In this document: positions 1 through 8,940 of the stretch, piece after piece | Position numbering within the stretch: the first letter of the stretch is position 1 | Layout: each line of letters begins with the position of its first letter | DNA from: an uncultured Candidatus Saccharibacteria bacterium | Lineage (GTDB): Bacteria > Patescibacteriota > Minisyncoccia > UBA6257 > GWB1-50-10 | Direction of reading: 5' to 3' | NCBI GenBank assembly: GCA_964565515.1 | Contig: CAZMFA010000003.1 | Location: 1 to 53,630, forward strand | Length of the DNA stretch: 53,630 nt | The notes under the pieces: model-generated | What the model saw: only the letters and a program-made list of their open reading frames with translations | Database searches by the model: none | Told to the model about the DNA's origin: nothing | Program-made: the position numbers and the translations under genes

Positions 1-137
1 CATCAGTTTCAGTATATCACGAAAACTGGGTTTCAACTTATTTTCAAGAGAGCCGATTTTTTGAACGTTTTTTATCAAGCTCACTCGCAAAATACCGCGT
101 TTCCTTTTTGGGAATATTGTTTTAAAATAATTCGGAT

Positions 138-221
138 GCGCAGGTAGACCCGTAGGGGGCGGGGATTGACTGTAAATCAATTGTCTATATGGCCTCGTGA
201 GTTCGACTCTCACCCTGCGCA
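138..221 (+). tRNA. tRNA-Tyr(GTA)
   Basis: Acceptor GCGCAGG/CCTGCGC; anticodon arm ATTGA-CTGTAAA-TCAAT; long variable arm; T arm GTGAG-TTCGACT-CTCAC; CCA not encoded. Confidence 0.93.
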
Positions 222-238
222 CATTAAACCCCCGACCT

Positions 239-262
239 CACGCCTATATTTAGGCGTGTTTT
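239..262 (+). terminator. Intrinsic terminator after tRNA-Tyr
   Basis: CACGCCTA-tatt-TAGGCGTG stem followed by TTTT. Confidence 0.65.
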
Positions 263-279
263 CGTTTATAATTAAGTAG

Positions 280-1587
280 ATGAAGAAGAACGAAGGCCAA
301 AGTTTAATCGAGGTTCTGATTGGTCTTGCGATCGGTGCGCTCATCATCGGCGCGGCAAGTATCGCCATTGCCTTCGTGCTTCGGGCCGGTTCCACGACCC
401 AGACCCTCACGACGGCGACCGAGTTGAGTCAAGACCTCATGAATAAAGTGCAATCCTTCGCGCTTTCCAATTGGAACGGGATTTACAACCTCCAGCACGG
501 CTCGACGTCCACGTATTTTTTGGTCTCCTCTTCGAGCGGCTTCGTGGCCGTACCCGGAGAAGAAGGGATGATCGACGGAGAAATCCAAAACGGCCTTGTT
601 GGCCGTTGGGGATTTGACGAAGGGACGGGGACAGTAACCTACGATGAATCGGGCGGCGGCCACAACGGAATGTTTGTGAACGGTCCGATGTGGCAATCGA
701 CGTCGACGTGCAAAGAAAGCTATTGCTTGGGATTCAACGGGAGCAGTACGTACGTGGTTAATAACAACGGCGGATTTCTTCCGGCGGGGGCCAGTGCGAG
801 GACGATAACTTTTTGGAGTTACCCCCTTCCGTCGGGTAGTTATCCAATCGTCATTGCCTACGGATGTTCGTCGGAGGGGTACGGATGCAACGATTCCGGT
901 CAGGGGAAATACCTGGCGGTTGAGGTGGGTGCGAGTTGGGGATTCAGGGTAGATGCCGAAACCTGCGGTATCATCGGACCTTCCGTGCCGTCTCCCCAAC
1001 AAGCGTGGCATTTCTTCTCGGTTGTCTTCAACGGCGATAATACGGTGACTTTTTATATAGACGGGATGAATAAATCGACTGTTACCGCCCCCTGCACCAT
1101 CAATACCGTCAATGGGAACGGCTTCAGTATCGGCGCCGGCAGGTGGGGCTATTATAACGGTTTGCTCGATGATGTCCGTGTCTACGACCGCGCGCTTTCG
1201 TCGAGCGAGATCGACCAGCTCTACAACAGCAATGTCTTCCGGAGGTATTTTTACGTCGACAACACGTGTCGATCGATCAGCAGCACCTCGACCTCGCCTC
1301 TTGCTTCGTCCACGACCTGTTCTGCGGGCTACTACAGCGACCCCTCGACGCAAAAGATGACTGCTGTTACGGAATGGGATGCAGCCGGAAAAACGTCCAA
1401 CTTCAGCCTTTCCAATTTCGTTACGCGGTGGACGAATTTCGTCTTCGATCAAAGCGATTGGTCGGGAGGCACGAATCCGAACGGCGTTTTCAGCGTGCCC
1501 TCGAACCAATTTGCATCATCCGTGAACGTCACGGCGACGGCGACGCCCTTCGGCGCCATTCAGATTCAAAACTTGTCGCAGCAGTAG
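280..1587 (+). CDS. Type IV prepilin-like protein with LamG/concanavalin A-like domain
   Basis: N-terminal KNEG|QSLIE plus hydrophobic helix; LamG hallmarks GLVGRWGFDEGTG, WHFFSVV, FYIDG, GLLDDVRVYDRALS. Confidence 0.85.
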   Translation: MKKNEGQSLIEVLIGLAIGALIIGAASIAIAFVLRAGSTTQTLTTATELSQDLMNKVQSFALSNWNGIYNLQHGSTSTYFLVSSSSGFVAVPGEEGMIDGEIQNGLVGRWGFDEGTGTVTYDESGGGHNGMFVNGPMWQSTSTCKESYCLGFNGSSTYVVNNNGGFLPAGASARTITFWSYPLPSGSYPIVIAYGCSSEGYGCNDSGQGKYLAVEVGASWGFRVDAETCGIIGPSVPSPQQAWHFFSVVFNGDNTVTFYIDGMNKSTVTAPCTINTVNGNGFSIGAGRWGYYNGLLDDVRVYDRALSSSEIDQLYNSNVFRRYFYVDNTCRSISSTSTSPLASSTTCSAGYYSDPSTQKMTAVTEWDAAGKTSNFSLSNFVTRWTNFVFDQSDWSGGTNPNGVFSVPSNQFASSVNVTATATPFGAIQIQNLSQQ

Positions 1588-1589
1588 CG

Positions 1590-1723
1590 AAATCCTAAAC
1601 CTTAAGCACTAAATCCTAAACAATATCAAAATCAAAAATCATAATGACCAAAACGCGTGTTTTGGATTTGGAAATTTGGTTATTGGGATTTATTTAGGAT
1701 TTAGGATTTTTAATTTAGGATTT
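1590..1723. repeat. 134-nt heptamer-based (AAATCCT) hairpin repeat, family A copy 1
   Basis: AAATCCT-type units on the left, AGGATTT units on the right; closely similar 134-nt copy at 20974-21107. Confidence 0.85.
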
Positions 1724-1737
1724 GTTATATAATAACT

Positions 1738-2160
1738 ATGATGGTAAAAGTGCAGAATTTCAACGAGAGCTTGGACAGCAGTTTGAGCCGGCTCGGTGCG
1801 GAGGTTTCAAAGAAGATTGAGTCGCCGGAGTTCAAAGAGGCGCCGATCGAGCACGTCGTCAAGGAATCCTTGAGAGCGCTTTCGGTTTCGGCAACGCCCC
1901 CGGAAGCCGCGATTTCCGCCGAAAAACCCGCGGATGAGGATCCAAGGGCAAGATTCCTTCCTTCTTATTTGTCGAACGATGCGGGGGATGCCGAGGTAAA
2001 GGTCGTCGTGGAAAACCTCGTTACGCTGGCTTTTCAATCCGGCGTGGAGCGGGCGGTTGCCGAAGCAAAGCGATATCCGCCGTTTGTCGAGGATGCCTTC
2101 CATGACGCGCTGACGGAAAAATTGGTGCCGGAGCTCAGGAAGAGAGGAATCATAAAATGA
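1738..2160 (+). CDS. Hypothetical protein (CPR-type, upstream of VirD4-like ATPase)
   Basis: 140-aa ORF; TATAAT at 1728-1733 just upstream; C-terminal DAFHDAL motif; start may be 1741. Confidence 0.7.
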   Translation: MMVKVQNFNESLDSSLSRLGAEVSKKIESPEFKEAPIEHVVKESLRALSVSATPPEAAISAEKPADEDPRARFLPSYLSNDAGDAEVKVVVENLVTLAFQSGVERAVAEAKRYPPFVEDAFHDALTEKLVPELRKRGIIK

Positions 2161-2161
2161 A

Positions 2162-2257
2162 GCCCAAATTCCAAATTCCAAATGTCAAAAACGTTTTACT
2201 TTTTGGCTTTCGGATTTTGTCATTGATTTGGCATTTGTCATTTGATATTTGATATTT
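2162..2257. repeat. Heptamer-based (CAAAT../TTTG) hairpin repeat, family B copy 1
   Basis: CCAAATT units then ATTTGAT/ATTTGTC units; reverse-complement relative at 5975-6046. Confidence 0.7.
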
Positions 2258-2265
2258 CAGCAACC

Positions 2266-4632
2266 ATGTCCATTCTTTTAAGTTTCATCATCATCGTTCT
2301 TCTCATCGCGGGAGCCGTTTGGTTTTATTTTTATTGGAAAGAAGCGAGGAGGCGGAAGCTCGTGAGCCAGCTCCAAATGCCTTTGTTCCTCATACGGCTT
2401 CCCCGGATTTCAAAGGAAGGAAAAGATTTGAAAAAGGAAATAGAAACATCGGAGCAGCTTTTTGCGACACTCGCCTCGTTCGGCGAGCCGTTTGTTTTCG
2501 AGGTTGCCGTACCGCACGTGGGGCAGGAGATCTCCTTTTACGCTTCCGTCAAGGAAAAGCACGCTGACGTTTTCGTACGGCAACTTCAATCATTTTGGAG
2601 CGAAGCTTCGTTGGAGCGGGTGGATGACTACAATATCTTCAATTATGCGGGCTTTTCAGCCGGAGCTTTTGTCGTGGAAAAAGAGCGGTTTATTTTGCCC
2701 CTCAAGACGTATGAGGAAGTCGATGCCGATACCTTCCTCCCGATTCTCGGCAGCCTTTCCAAAATCGATGAAATAGGCGAAGGGGGCGCCTTTCAAGTCG
2801 TTGCAAGGCCGACGAATAAAAAGCACAAGAAAGAAATCAGTTCCGCGATCAAGGTTTTAAGAAGGGGGTGGCAGATCGGCGAACTTTTAAAGAACGACAT
2901 TTGGAGCATTTCGGCTACGGATGTCATGAAAGCGGCCCGGGGTACGGCCGAGAAGAAGACAGAGGACGAAGTGAAAAGGAGCATCGACGAAGAAAGCTTG
3001 AAGATGGTTCTTGCGAAGGCCGGGAAGACGATGTTCGACGTGAATGTGCGGGTCGTGGCGTCCGCTCCCAATCAAATGGAAGCCGAGTCGCTCCTCCAAA
3101 GTTTAACGGCCGGCTTTTCGCAGTTCGGCGCACCGAATCGGAACGAGTTGAGCGTCGTACGACCGGCGAATCAAAAGCAAATCTTCCACGACTTTTCCTT
3201 CAGGGAATTCAATGAATCAGAGGTCATGGTCTTGGGGAGCAACGAACTCGCGAGTATTTTCCATCTTCCGACGCCCATGACCGATGTGCCGAGGATAAAG
3301 TATTTGAAGGCGCGGGAATCGGCTCCGCCGCCGAACTTGCCGAAGGAAGGCGTTATGGTTGGCCTTAGCCGTTTTCGGGGAGAAACCAAAGAAGTGAGAA
3401 TTACGGATGACGACCGCCGGCGGCATATGTACATCATCGGGCAAACCGGTACCGGTAAGTCGAACTTCTTATCCAATATGATTGTGGGGGATATCCACCG
3501 GGGAAAGGGCGTTGGCGTCATCGATCCGCACGGTGATTTGGTGGACGATATTTTAAGCGTCATTCCGAAGGAACGGGAAGACGATGTCATTCTTTTCGAT
3601 CCCGGCAATCTCAAGATGCCGGTGGGGCTCAATATGCTGGAGTATGATTTTTCGAAGCCTGAAGAAAAGACCTCCATTGTGAACGAAATGCTCCAAATTT
3701 TCGATAAATTGTACGACTTAAAGACCACCGGCGGGCCGATGTTCGAGCAGTATATGCGGAACGCACTCCTTCTCTTGATGGAAGATGCACCGAATGAGCC
3801 GTCGACTCTTATGGAAGTGGCGCGGGTTTTTTCCGATGCTGAATTCAGGCGAAGGAAGCTCGAACGGATCTCGAATCCGGTCGTCCGCGACTTTTGGGAA
3901 AAAGAAGCCGTGAAAGCCGGCGGCGAAGCAGCGCTCCAAAACATTACGCCGTACGTCACCTCGAAATTCAATAATTTTACATCGAACGATTATATGCGGC
4001 CGATCATAGGCCAGGTGAAATCGGCCTTCAATTTCCGGGAGATCATGGATTCGGGAAAGATTCTTCTCGTCAATCTTTCGAAAGGGAAAGTCGGCGATTT
4101 GAACGCGAACCTCTTGGGCATGATTTTCGTGGGGAAGATCCTCATGGCTTCTTTGGGGAGGGCCGATGTCAGCGAATCGAAGCGGAAAGATTTTTATCTC
4201 TTCATTGATGAATTCCAGAACTTTACAACCGATTCCGTGTCGACCATTCTTTCCGAAGCGAGGAAGTACAAGTTGAATCTTACCGTTGCACATCAATTTA
4301 TCGCCCAGCTTTCCGAAAGGACCAGGGACGCCGTTTTTGGAAACGTCGGATCGACCATTTCCTTCAGGATTGGCCCTCAAGATGCCGAATTTTTAGTTAA
4401 AACATTCGAGCCGGTTTTCAGCGTGAATGATCTCGTGAACATCGACAATTATCAAGCCTATGCGAGGATTTTGATCAACGGAGAAACTTCGCGGCCCTTC
4501 AATATAGTCGTGCCGAAAGCCGAGCGGGGAAGCGAAGGTCAGGCGGAAGCGCTCAAAGAAAAATCGTATGTGCGGTACGGCGAACCGCGGGAAGCGGTGG
4601 AGTCGGAAATCTATCGCCGTTTAAGGGCATGA
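2266..4632 (+). CDS. Membrane-anchored VirD4/TraG/HerA-like P-loop ATPase
   Basis: N-terminal TM; RHMYIIGQTGTGKS Walker A; IDPHGD; YLFIDEFQNF Walker B; SEARKY; AHQ; start set at ATG 2266. Confidence 0.85.
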   Translation: MSILLSFIIIVLLIAGAVWFYFYWKEARRRKLVSQLQMPLFLIRLPRISKEGKDLKKEIETSEQLFATLASFGEPFVFEVAVPHVGQEISFYASVKEKHADVFVRQLQSFWSEASLERVDDYNIFNYAGFSAGAFVVEKERFILPLKTYEEVDADTFLPILGSLSKIDEIGEGGAFQVVARPTNKKHKKEISSAIKVLRRGWQIGELLKNDIWSISATDVMKAARGTAEKKTEDEVKRSIDEESLKMVLAKAGKTMFDVNVRVVASAPNQMEAESLLQSLTAGFSQFGAPNRNELSVVRPANQKQIFHDFSFREFNESEVMVLGSNELASIFHLPTPMTDVPRIKYLKARESAPPPNLPKEGVMVGLSRFRGETKEVRITDDDRRRHMYIIGQTGTGKSNFLSNMIVGDIHRGKGVGVIDPHGDLVDDILSVIPKEREDDVILFDPGNLKMPVGLNMLEYDFSKPEEKTSIVNEMLQIFDKLYDLKTTGGPMFEQYMRNALLLLMEDAPNEPSTLMEVARVFSDAEFRRRKLERISNPVVRDFWEKEAVKAGGEAALQNITPYVTSKFNNFTSNDYMRPIIGQVKSAFNFREIMDSGKILLVNLSKGKVGDLNANLLGMIFVGKILMASLGRADVSESKRKDFYLFIDEFQNFTTDSVSTILSEARKYKLNLTVAHQFIAQLSERTRDAVFGNVGSTISFRIGPQDAEFLVKTFEPVFSVNDLVNIDNYQAYARILINGETSRPFNIVVPKAERGSEGQAEALKEKSYVRYGEPREAVESEIYRRLRA

Positions 4633-5240
4633 AGCCGTTTCTTTCCATCGTGATCCCCGTTTGCGACGAAGGAAAGGATCTGCCGCTTGCGCTCGTCGAT
4701 ATCGACCGCCGCTTGAAGACCGCCGACTATTCGTACGAGGTCGTCGTTGTGGACGGCAGTCCGTCCGACGCTAAGGCGAAAACAATAGAAAGGTTCAAAA
4801 AATTTTTCCCGTACTTGCGGTCGGAAGAAATTGCCGCAGGCGGCAAGAAAGGGTCGGCCGTGAAGTCCGGCATGCTTTCGGCAAGAGGGAACTACCGCTT
4901 CTTTGCCGATACCGGGGCTGAGGTCCCGCTCGGCTGGTTTTCCGAGGCGATCCCTCTTTTCAAGGGCGGCGCGGAAGTTGTTCTCGATCCTCGAAATCGT
5001 TTTTGGTGTTTTCGCGAAGAAGCGGCCGAGCGGATATTCCGAGCCGTTTTTGTGGAGGGGGAAGGAATCGGCTTTGAAGCCGCAACCCTTGTACGTCTCA
5101 TGAATTTGAAGGTGGTAACATTGAGCGCTCCCGATACGATTGCGGAACGTTCGAGGCCGAAACTTTCCGCGCGTTTATCGGCGGCGAGGGACATCGTTGC
5201 CGTAAAGCTGAATGTTTTGCTCCGTCGCTATACGTGGTAA
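4629..5240 (+). CDS. Glycosyltransferase family 2-like protein (degenerate motifs)
   Basis: LSIVIPVCDE, YEVVVVDGS, KGSAVKSGML; ATGA overlap with the ATPase stop; DxD position reads ADT. Confidence 0.7.
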   Translation: MKPFLSIVIPVCDEGKDLPLALVDIDRRLKTADYSYEVVVVDGSPSDAKAKTIERFKKFFPYLRSEEIAAGGKKGSAVKSGMLSARGNYRFFADTGAEVPLGWFSEAIPLFKGGAEVVLDPRNRFWCFREEAAERIFRAVFVEGEGIGFEAATLVRLMNLKVVTLSAPDTIAERSRPKLSARLSAARDIVAVKLNVLLRRYTW

Positions 5241-5250
5241 AATTCATTCA

Positions 5251-5994
5251 ATGAAGATACTGGCTTTCAATTGGAAATTGAATCCCGTAACGGAGCGGGA
5301 AGCGCTTTCGCTTTTGAGCCTGTCGGACCGGAAAGGCGTCGTGCTCTTTCCTCCCGCTGTTTTCTTGAACGCCGTTGCTCGGCGAGTGAAAAAAGCCGAT
5401 GTCGGCGCTCAGAATTTGTTTTGGGAAACAGAGGGTGCTTTTACGGGGGAAACGTCCCCGGCTATGGTAAAGAGCCTCGGCGTACGATGGTCGTTGGTGG
5501 GCCATTCGGAACGAAGGAAATATTTCGGGGAAACCGACGAGGTGGTGAACAAGAAGATGAAGGCTGCTCTTGCAGCGGGATTGAACGTGGTTCTTTGCGT
5601 CGGCGAACCGTCATCGGCGAGAAAAAGAGGCATCCACGCCGCTCGAACGTTTATTCGGAAGCAGTTGGTGGATGGCTTATCAGGCGTTGAAAATTTCAAA
5701 CTTCAAATTAAAAATTTAGTTGTGGCCTACGAACCGGTTTGGGCTATCAGCGAAGGCGTCGCCCGTCATCCTTCCGATACCCCCCAAGACAGCGCTGAAA
5801 CGGCCCGGTTTATCAAGGAAATACTAACTACTCACCGGATGCTGGATACTAAGGTTTTGTACGGCGGTTCGGTCGACTCGAAGAACGTCGCGGATTTTTT
5901 GAAGCCCCGCGAGATCGACGGCGTTTTGATAGGCGGAGCAAGCGTGAAAAAAGAAGAGCTCAAGAAGATATTAAAAATCTCAAATATCAAATGA
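5251..5994 (+). CDS. tpiA: Triosephosphate isomerase
   Basis: NWK, GAFTGE, GHSERR, AYEPVWAI, LYGGSV, GVLIGGAS motifs. Confidence 0.97.
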   Translation: MKILAFNWKLNPVTEREALSLLSLSDRKGVVLFPPAVFLNAVARRVKKADVGAQNLFWETEGAFTGETSPAMVKSLGVRWSLVGHSERRKYFGETDEVVNKKMKAALAAGLNVVLCVGEPSSARKRGIHAARTFIRKQLVDGLSGVENFKLQIKNLVVAYEPVWAISEGVARHPSDTPQDSAETARFIKEILTTHRMLDTKVLYGGSVDSKNVADFLKPREIDGVLIGGASVKKEELKKILKISNIK

Positions 5995-6046
5995 CCAATG
6001 TCAAATCAATGCCAGAGTTCAAATTTGAAATTTGAATTTTGGATTT
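5975..6046. repeat. Heptamer hairpin repeat, family B copy 2 (overlaps tpiA stop)
   Basis: CAAATATCAAATGACCAATGTCAAATCAATG closely matches the reverse complement of 2221-2257. Confidence 0.7.
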
Positions 6047-6055
6047 AGTTGAACT

Positions 6056-6838
6056 ATGTCCCGCACCGCCAAACAATTCCTATTCGGGTTACTGTACGTG
6101 ATCGTCCTCGGTTTCATTTTATTTTTGATTTTTGCTCCAAAGTTGATACCTGCGCCGTCGTGCTCCGACGGTATTCAAAATGGAGGTGAAACCGGCGTCG
6201 ATTGCGGGGGACCGTGCGTACCTTGCTATCTCAAAGAAGCCCGCCCGCTCGAAGTTTCGGGAAACCCCTCCCTTTTCAAGGATGCGCTCTTGGGGAAGGT
6301 TTTTGCAGCCATCGATGTGATGAACCAAAACCAAGATCTCGGCATGCACAGTTTTTCCTATCAAGTCCAGTTTTTCGACGACGCCAAAAATCTCGTTGGG
6401 GCGGTCGATGGCTACGACAATATCTTCCCGGGCGAATCGAAGTATCTTGTCGCGGAATATGACGGGAGTTCGTACGACGTCGGAAGAATCACGAGTGCCG
6501 CATGGAGCGTTACGGGTACGGCCTCGTGGGCGAAGGCCGTCGACTTCATCGTTCCTTCGCTTTCGGTTTCGACGGGGCCGACGCTTTCGTCGAGCACCAA
6601 TCAAATCGCCCTTACCGGAACCCTCGCCAACGGCAGCCCGGTTAATATTTCTGCCGTGAAGGTCGTCGGATTTGTCCTCGATAAATACGGTGACCCCCTT
6701 TTCGTCGGCAGTACGGTAGTGAACGATGTGGGAAGTTTCGGAAACTCAGGATTTTCAATCATCTTTCCGTCGGAAGTCTTTTCCGGAGCTGATTTGACCG
6801 GCGCTAAACCCGAGGTGTACCTTTACGCGGAGGAATGA
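6056..6838 (+). CDS. Membrane-anchored hypothetical protein with Cys-rich CxDGxxNxxETGVDCGGxC motif
   Basis: N-terminal TM, SCSDGIQNGGETGVDCGGPCVPC, then beta-rich (Ig-like) segments. Confidence 0.75.
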   Translation: MSRTAKQFLFGLLYVIVLGFILFLIFAPKLIPAPSCSDGIQNGGETGVDCGGPCVPCYLKEARPLEVSGNPSLFKDALLGKVFAAIDVMNQNQDLGMHSFSYQVQFFDDAKNLVGAVDGYDNIFPGESKYLVAEYDGSSYDVGRITSAAWSVTGTASWAKAVDFIVPSLSVSTGPTLSSSTNQIALTGTLANGSPVNISAVKVVGFVLDKYGDPLFVGSTVVNDVGSFGNSGFSIIFPSEVFSGADLTGAKPEVYLYAEE

Positions 6839-7917
6839 AATTGTTTAATGGCCTGAAAAAGATAGACTGGATGCTTGTCGCAGCCCTGGGGGCCCTTGCG
6901 GCCATGAGTCTCGGCGTTCTTGCTCCCTACGATACTTCTTTTTTCGAGAAGCAGGTCATTTGGTATGTGATAGGATTCGCCGTCATCATTTTCGGGAGTG
7001 AGCTCAATTGGCGCTGGATACTGAAATGGCCGATCTTTAAGTACGGTTTTTATGCGTTTTCCATTTTCCTCCTTCTTGTTTCCAATCTTCAGTCACGCAT
7101 CGTACGGGGAAGCAAGAGCTGGCTTTCATTCGGCTTTTTTCAATTCGAGCCGGCGGAATTTGCGAAGCTGGGGCTCATTTTCCTTCTTGCAAGCTTTTTT
7201 ACGTCGCGATACCTTGCGGCGTGGAGAAGCAAGTACCTTTTTTCTTCCTTGGGTCTTGCGCTCGTCCCAACGCTCCTCACGGCGATTCACCCCGATCTGG
7301 GATCGGCTATCGTCATCATGAGTATTTGGGTCGGGTTTGTCCTCGTGGGCGGTATCAATGTGAAGAGATTCTTTATCGGGCTTGTCGCCTTTGCGCTTAT
7401 CGCCGTCCTCATTTGGAGCTTCTTCTTGAAGGAGTATCAGCGGGAGCGTTTGGTGGCGTTCCTTTCGCCGCAAAAGGATCCCCTCGGCATCAATTACAAT
7501 GTTATTCAAGCGAAGATTGCGATCGGATCAGCCGGCTTTTGGGGTAAGGGATACGGGCAGGGGACGCAGACTGAATTTCATTTCCTTCCGGAGGCGCAGA
7601 CCGATTTCATCTTCGCCGCTTTTTCCGAGGAGTGGGGGGTATTCGGCGACGTCGTTATGTTGTTGACATTCCTCGTTATTTTTTATAGACTCACGGATAT
7701 CGGTTTACGAGCCGGCAGCAATAGTTTCAAGTTTTTGGTTTTTGGCTGCGGAGTGGTTCTTTTGGTCCAAATTGCGATCAATGTTGGCTCGAATCTCGGG
7801 TTGGTGCCGGTAACCGGGATAACCTTGCCGTTCGTGAGCTACGGGGGATCCAGCATCTTGACTATTGCGATACTGTTCAGTATAATTCAACATATTAAAC
7901 TTGAATCCTCAAGATGA
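6835..7917 (+). CDS. rodA: SEDS-family peptidoglycan polymerase RodA
   Basis: GSKSWL, FEPAEFAK, HPDLGSA, IGSAGFWGKG, PEAQTDFIF, PVTGITLPFVSYGGSS. Confidence 0.9.
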   Translation: MKLFNGLKKIDWMLVAALGALAAMSLGVLAPYDTSFFEKQVIWYVIGFAVIIFGSELNWRWILKWPIFKYGFYAFSIFLLLVSNLQSRIVRGSKSWLSFGFFQFEPAEFAKLGLIFLLASFFTSRYLAAWRSKYLFSSLGLALVPTLLTAIHPDLGSAIVIMSIWVGFVLVGGINVKRFFIGLVAFALIAVLIWSFFLKEYQRERLVAFLSPQKDPLGINYNVIQAKIAIGSAGFWGKGYGQGTQTEFHFLPEAQTDFIFAAFSEEWGVFGDVVMLLTFLVIFYRLTDIGLRAGSNSFKFLVFGCGVVLLVQIAINVGSNLGLVPVTGITLPFVSYGGSSILTIAILFSIIQHIKLESSR

Positions 7918-8917
7918 TAAAAGAGGTCTGATAGCCTCGCGTCTCCTATTCGTTTTAGGAATTTTTTTGGTTCTTATCCTTATGGCAGCTTATTTTTTCT
8001 ACGGTCTACAACCAAGTTTCGCGACGACGACGCCCGTCAAGTTCGTCGTCCAAAAAGGCGAAGGTTTCAAGGAGATAGGAGCCGAACTCTCAAGAAACTC
8101 GCTTATCCGATCGATCGCCGTTTTTAAGGTTTATTCTTTTTTGACGGGAAGCGCGACCCGCTTTCAACCGGGCATCTACGAACTCGCCGGAACCATGAGC
8201 GTCCCGCAGATCGTGGGGCTCCTTCGGTCCGGGGGAGTCAACGACGTGACCGTTCAAATACCGGAAGGGGCGACGGTGAAGGATATTGATCAAATACTTT
8301 CCTCGAAGGATATCATCGCGCCGAACGCGCTCGCGGGCTTCAACTTCAAGAGCCTTTCGACCCAGTATCAGTTTTTGGCCAATGCTTCTTCGCTTGAAGG
8401 GTTCTTGTTCCCGGATACCTATAATTTTGCCTTGAACTCCAGCCCGGATGATGTCGTGAAGAAAATATTGGACACCTTCGAGGTAAAGGCATGGCCGCTC
8501 CTTTCGGGCGAGAAGGATTGGTATAATCGGCTCACTCTCGCGTCATTTTTGGAGCGGGAGGTTTCCACGACGACCGATCGGAAAATCGTGGCGGGAATAC
8601 TTCTGCGGCGCATCGCACTCCAGATGCCGCTCCAAGTCGATGCAACCCTCTCGTATGTGAAGTGCGACGGGAAACTTTTGACGTGTTCCAATGTCGTTCC
8701 TTCCGGCACCGACACAAAGATCGTTTCGCCGTACAACACGTATCTTCATGCTGGGTGGACGCCCACGCCGATTTCGAATCCCGGCAAGAACGCCATCGAG
8801 GCTGCCGTAAATCCCCAGACCACTTCCTATCTCTATTACTTCTCGAACGCTTCCGGAACAACCTTCTTCTCGAAGACCCTTCAGGAGAACAATCAAAAAC
8901 AATCGAAATATTTATAA
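7901..8917 (+). CDS. mltG: Endolytic transglycosylase MltG (YceG)
   Basis: TM anchor; IPEG, LEGFLFPDTY, LASFLEREV, LQVDAT, SPYNTY, PTPISNPG; TTG start uncertain. Confidence 0.92.
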   Translation: MNPQDDKRGLIASRLLFVLGIFLVLILMAAYFFYGLQPSFATTTPVKFVVQKGEGFKEIGAELSRNSLIRSIAVFKVYSFLTGSATRFQPGIYELAGTMSVPQIVGLLRSGGVNDVTVQIPEGATVKDIDQILSSKDIIAPNALAGFNFKSLSTQYQFLANASSLEGFLFPDTYNFALNSSPDDVVKKILDTFEVKAWPLLSGEKDWYNRLTLASFLEREVSTTTDRKIVAGILLRRIALQMPLQVDATLSYVKCDGKLLTCSNVVPSGTDTKIVSPYNTYLHAGWTPTPISNPGKNAIEAAVNPQTTSYLYYFSNASGTTFFSKTLQENNQKQSKYL

Positions 8918-8940
8918 AAGTCACCAAGTCCAAAAAATCA

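Noticed and set aside
304-1509. 401-aa antisense ORF (and similar ones such as 43851-44930, 47231-48199)
   Set aside because: Shadow frames of well-supported genes, with no motifs
1590-1723. Possible CRISPR array in the periodic repeats
   Set aside because: The period is 7 nt, with no repeat-spacer structure and no cas genes
2266-4632. Conjugative element suggested by the VirD4-like ATPase near a tRNA
   Set aside because: No integrase, relaxase, VirB genes or att duplication seen; the gene is embedded among housekeeping genes
8662-8940. 93-aa N-terminal extension of RpoB in the ORF track
   Set aside because: It overlaps mltG in another frame; ATG 8941 after the mltG stop gives a normal start
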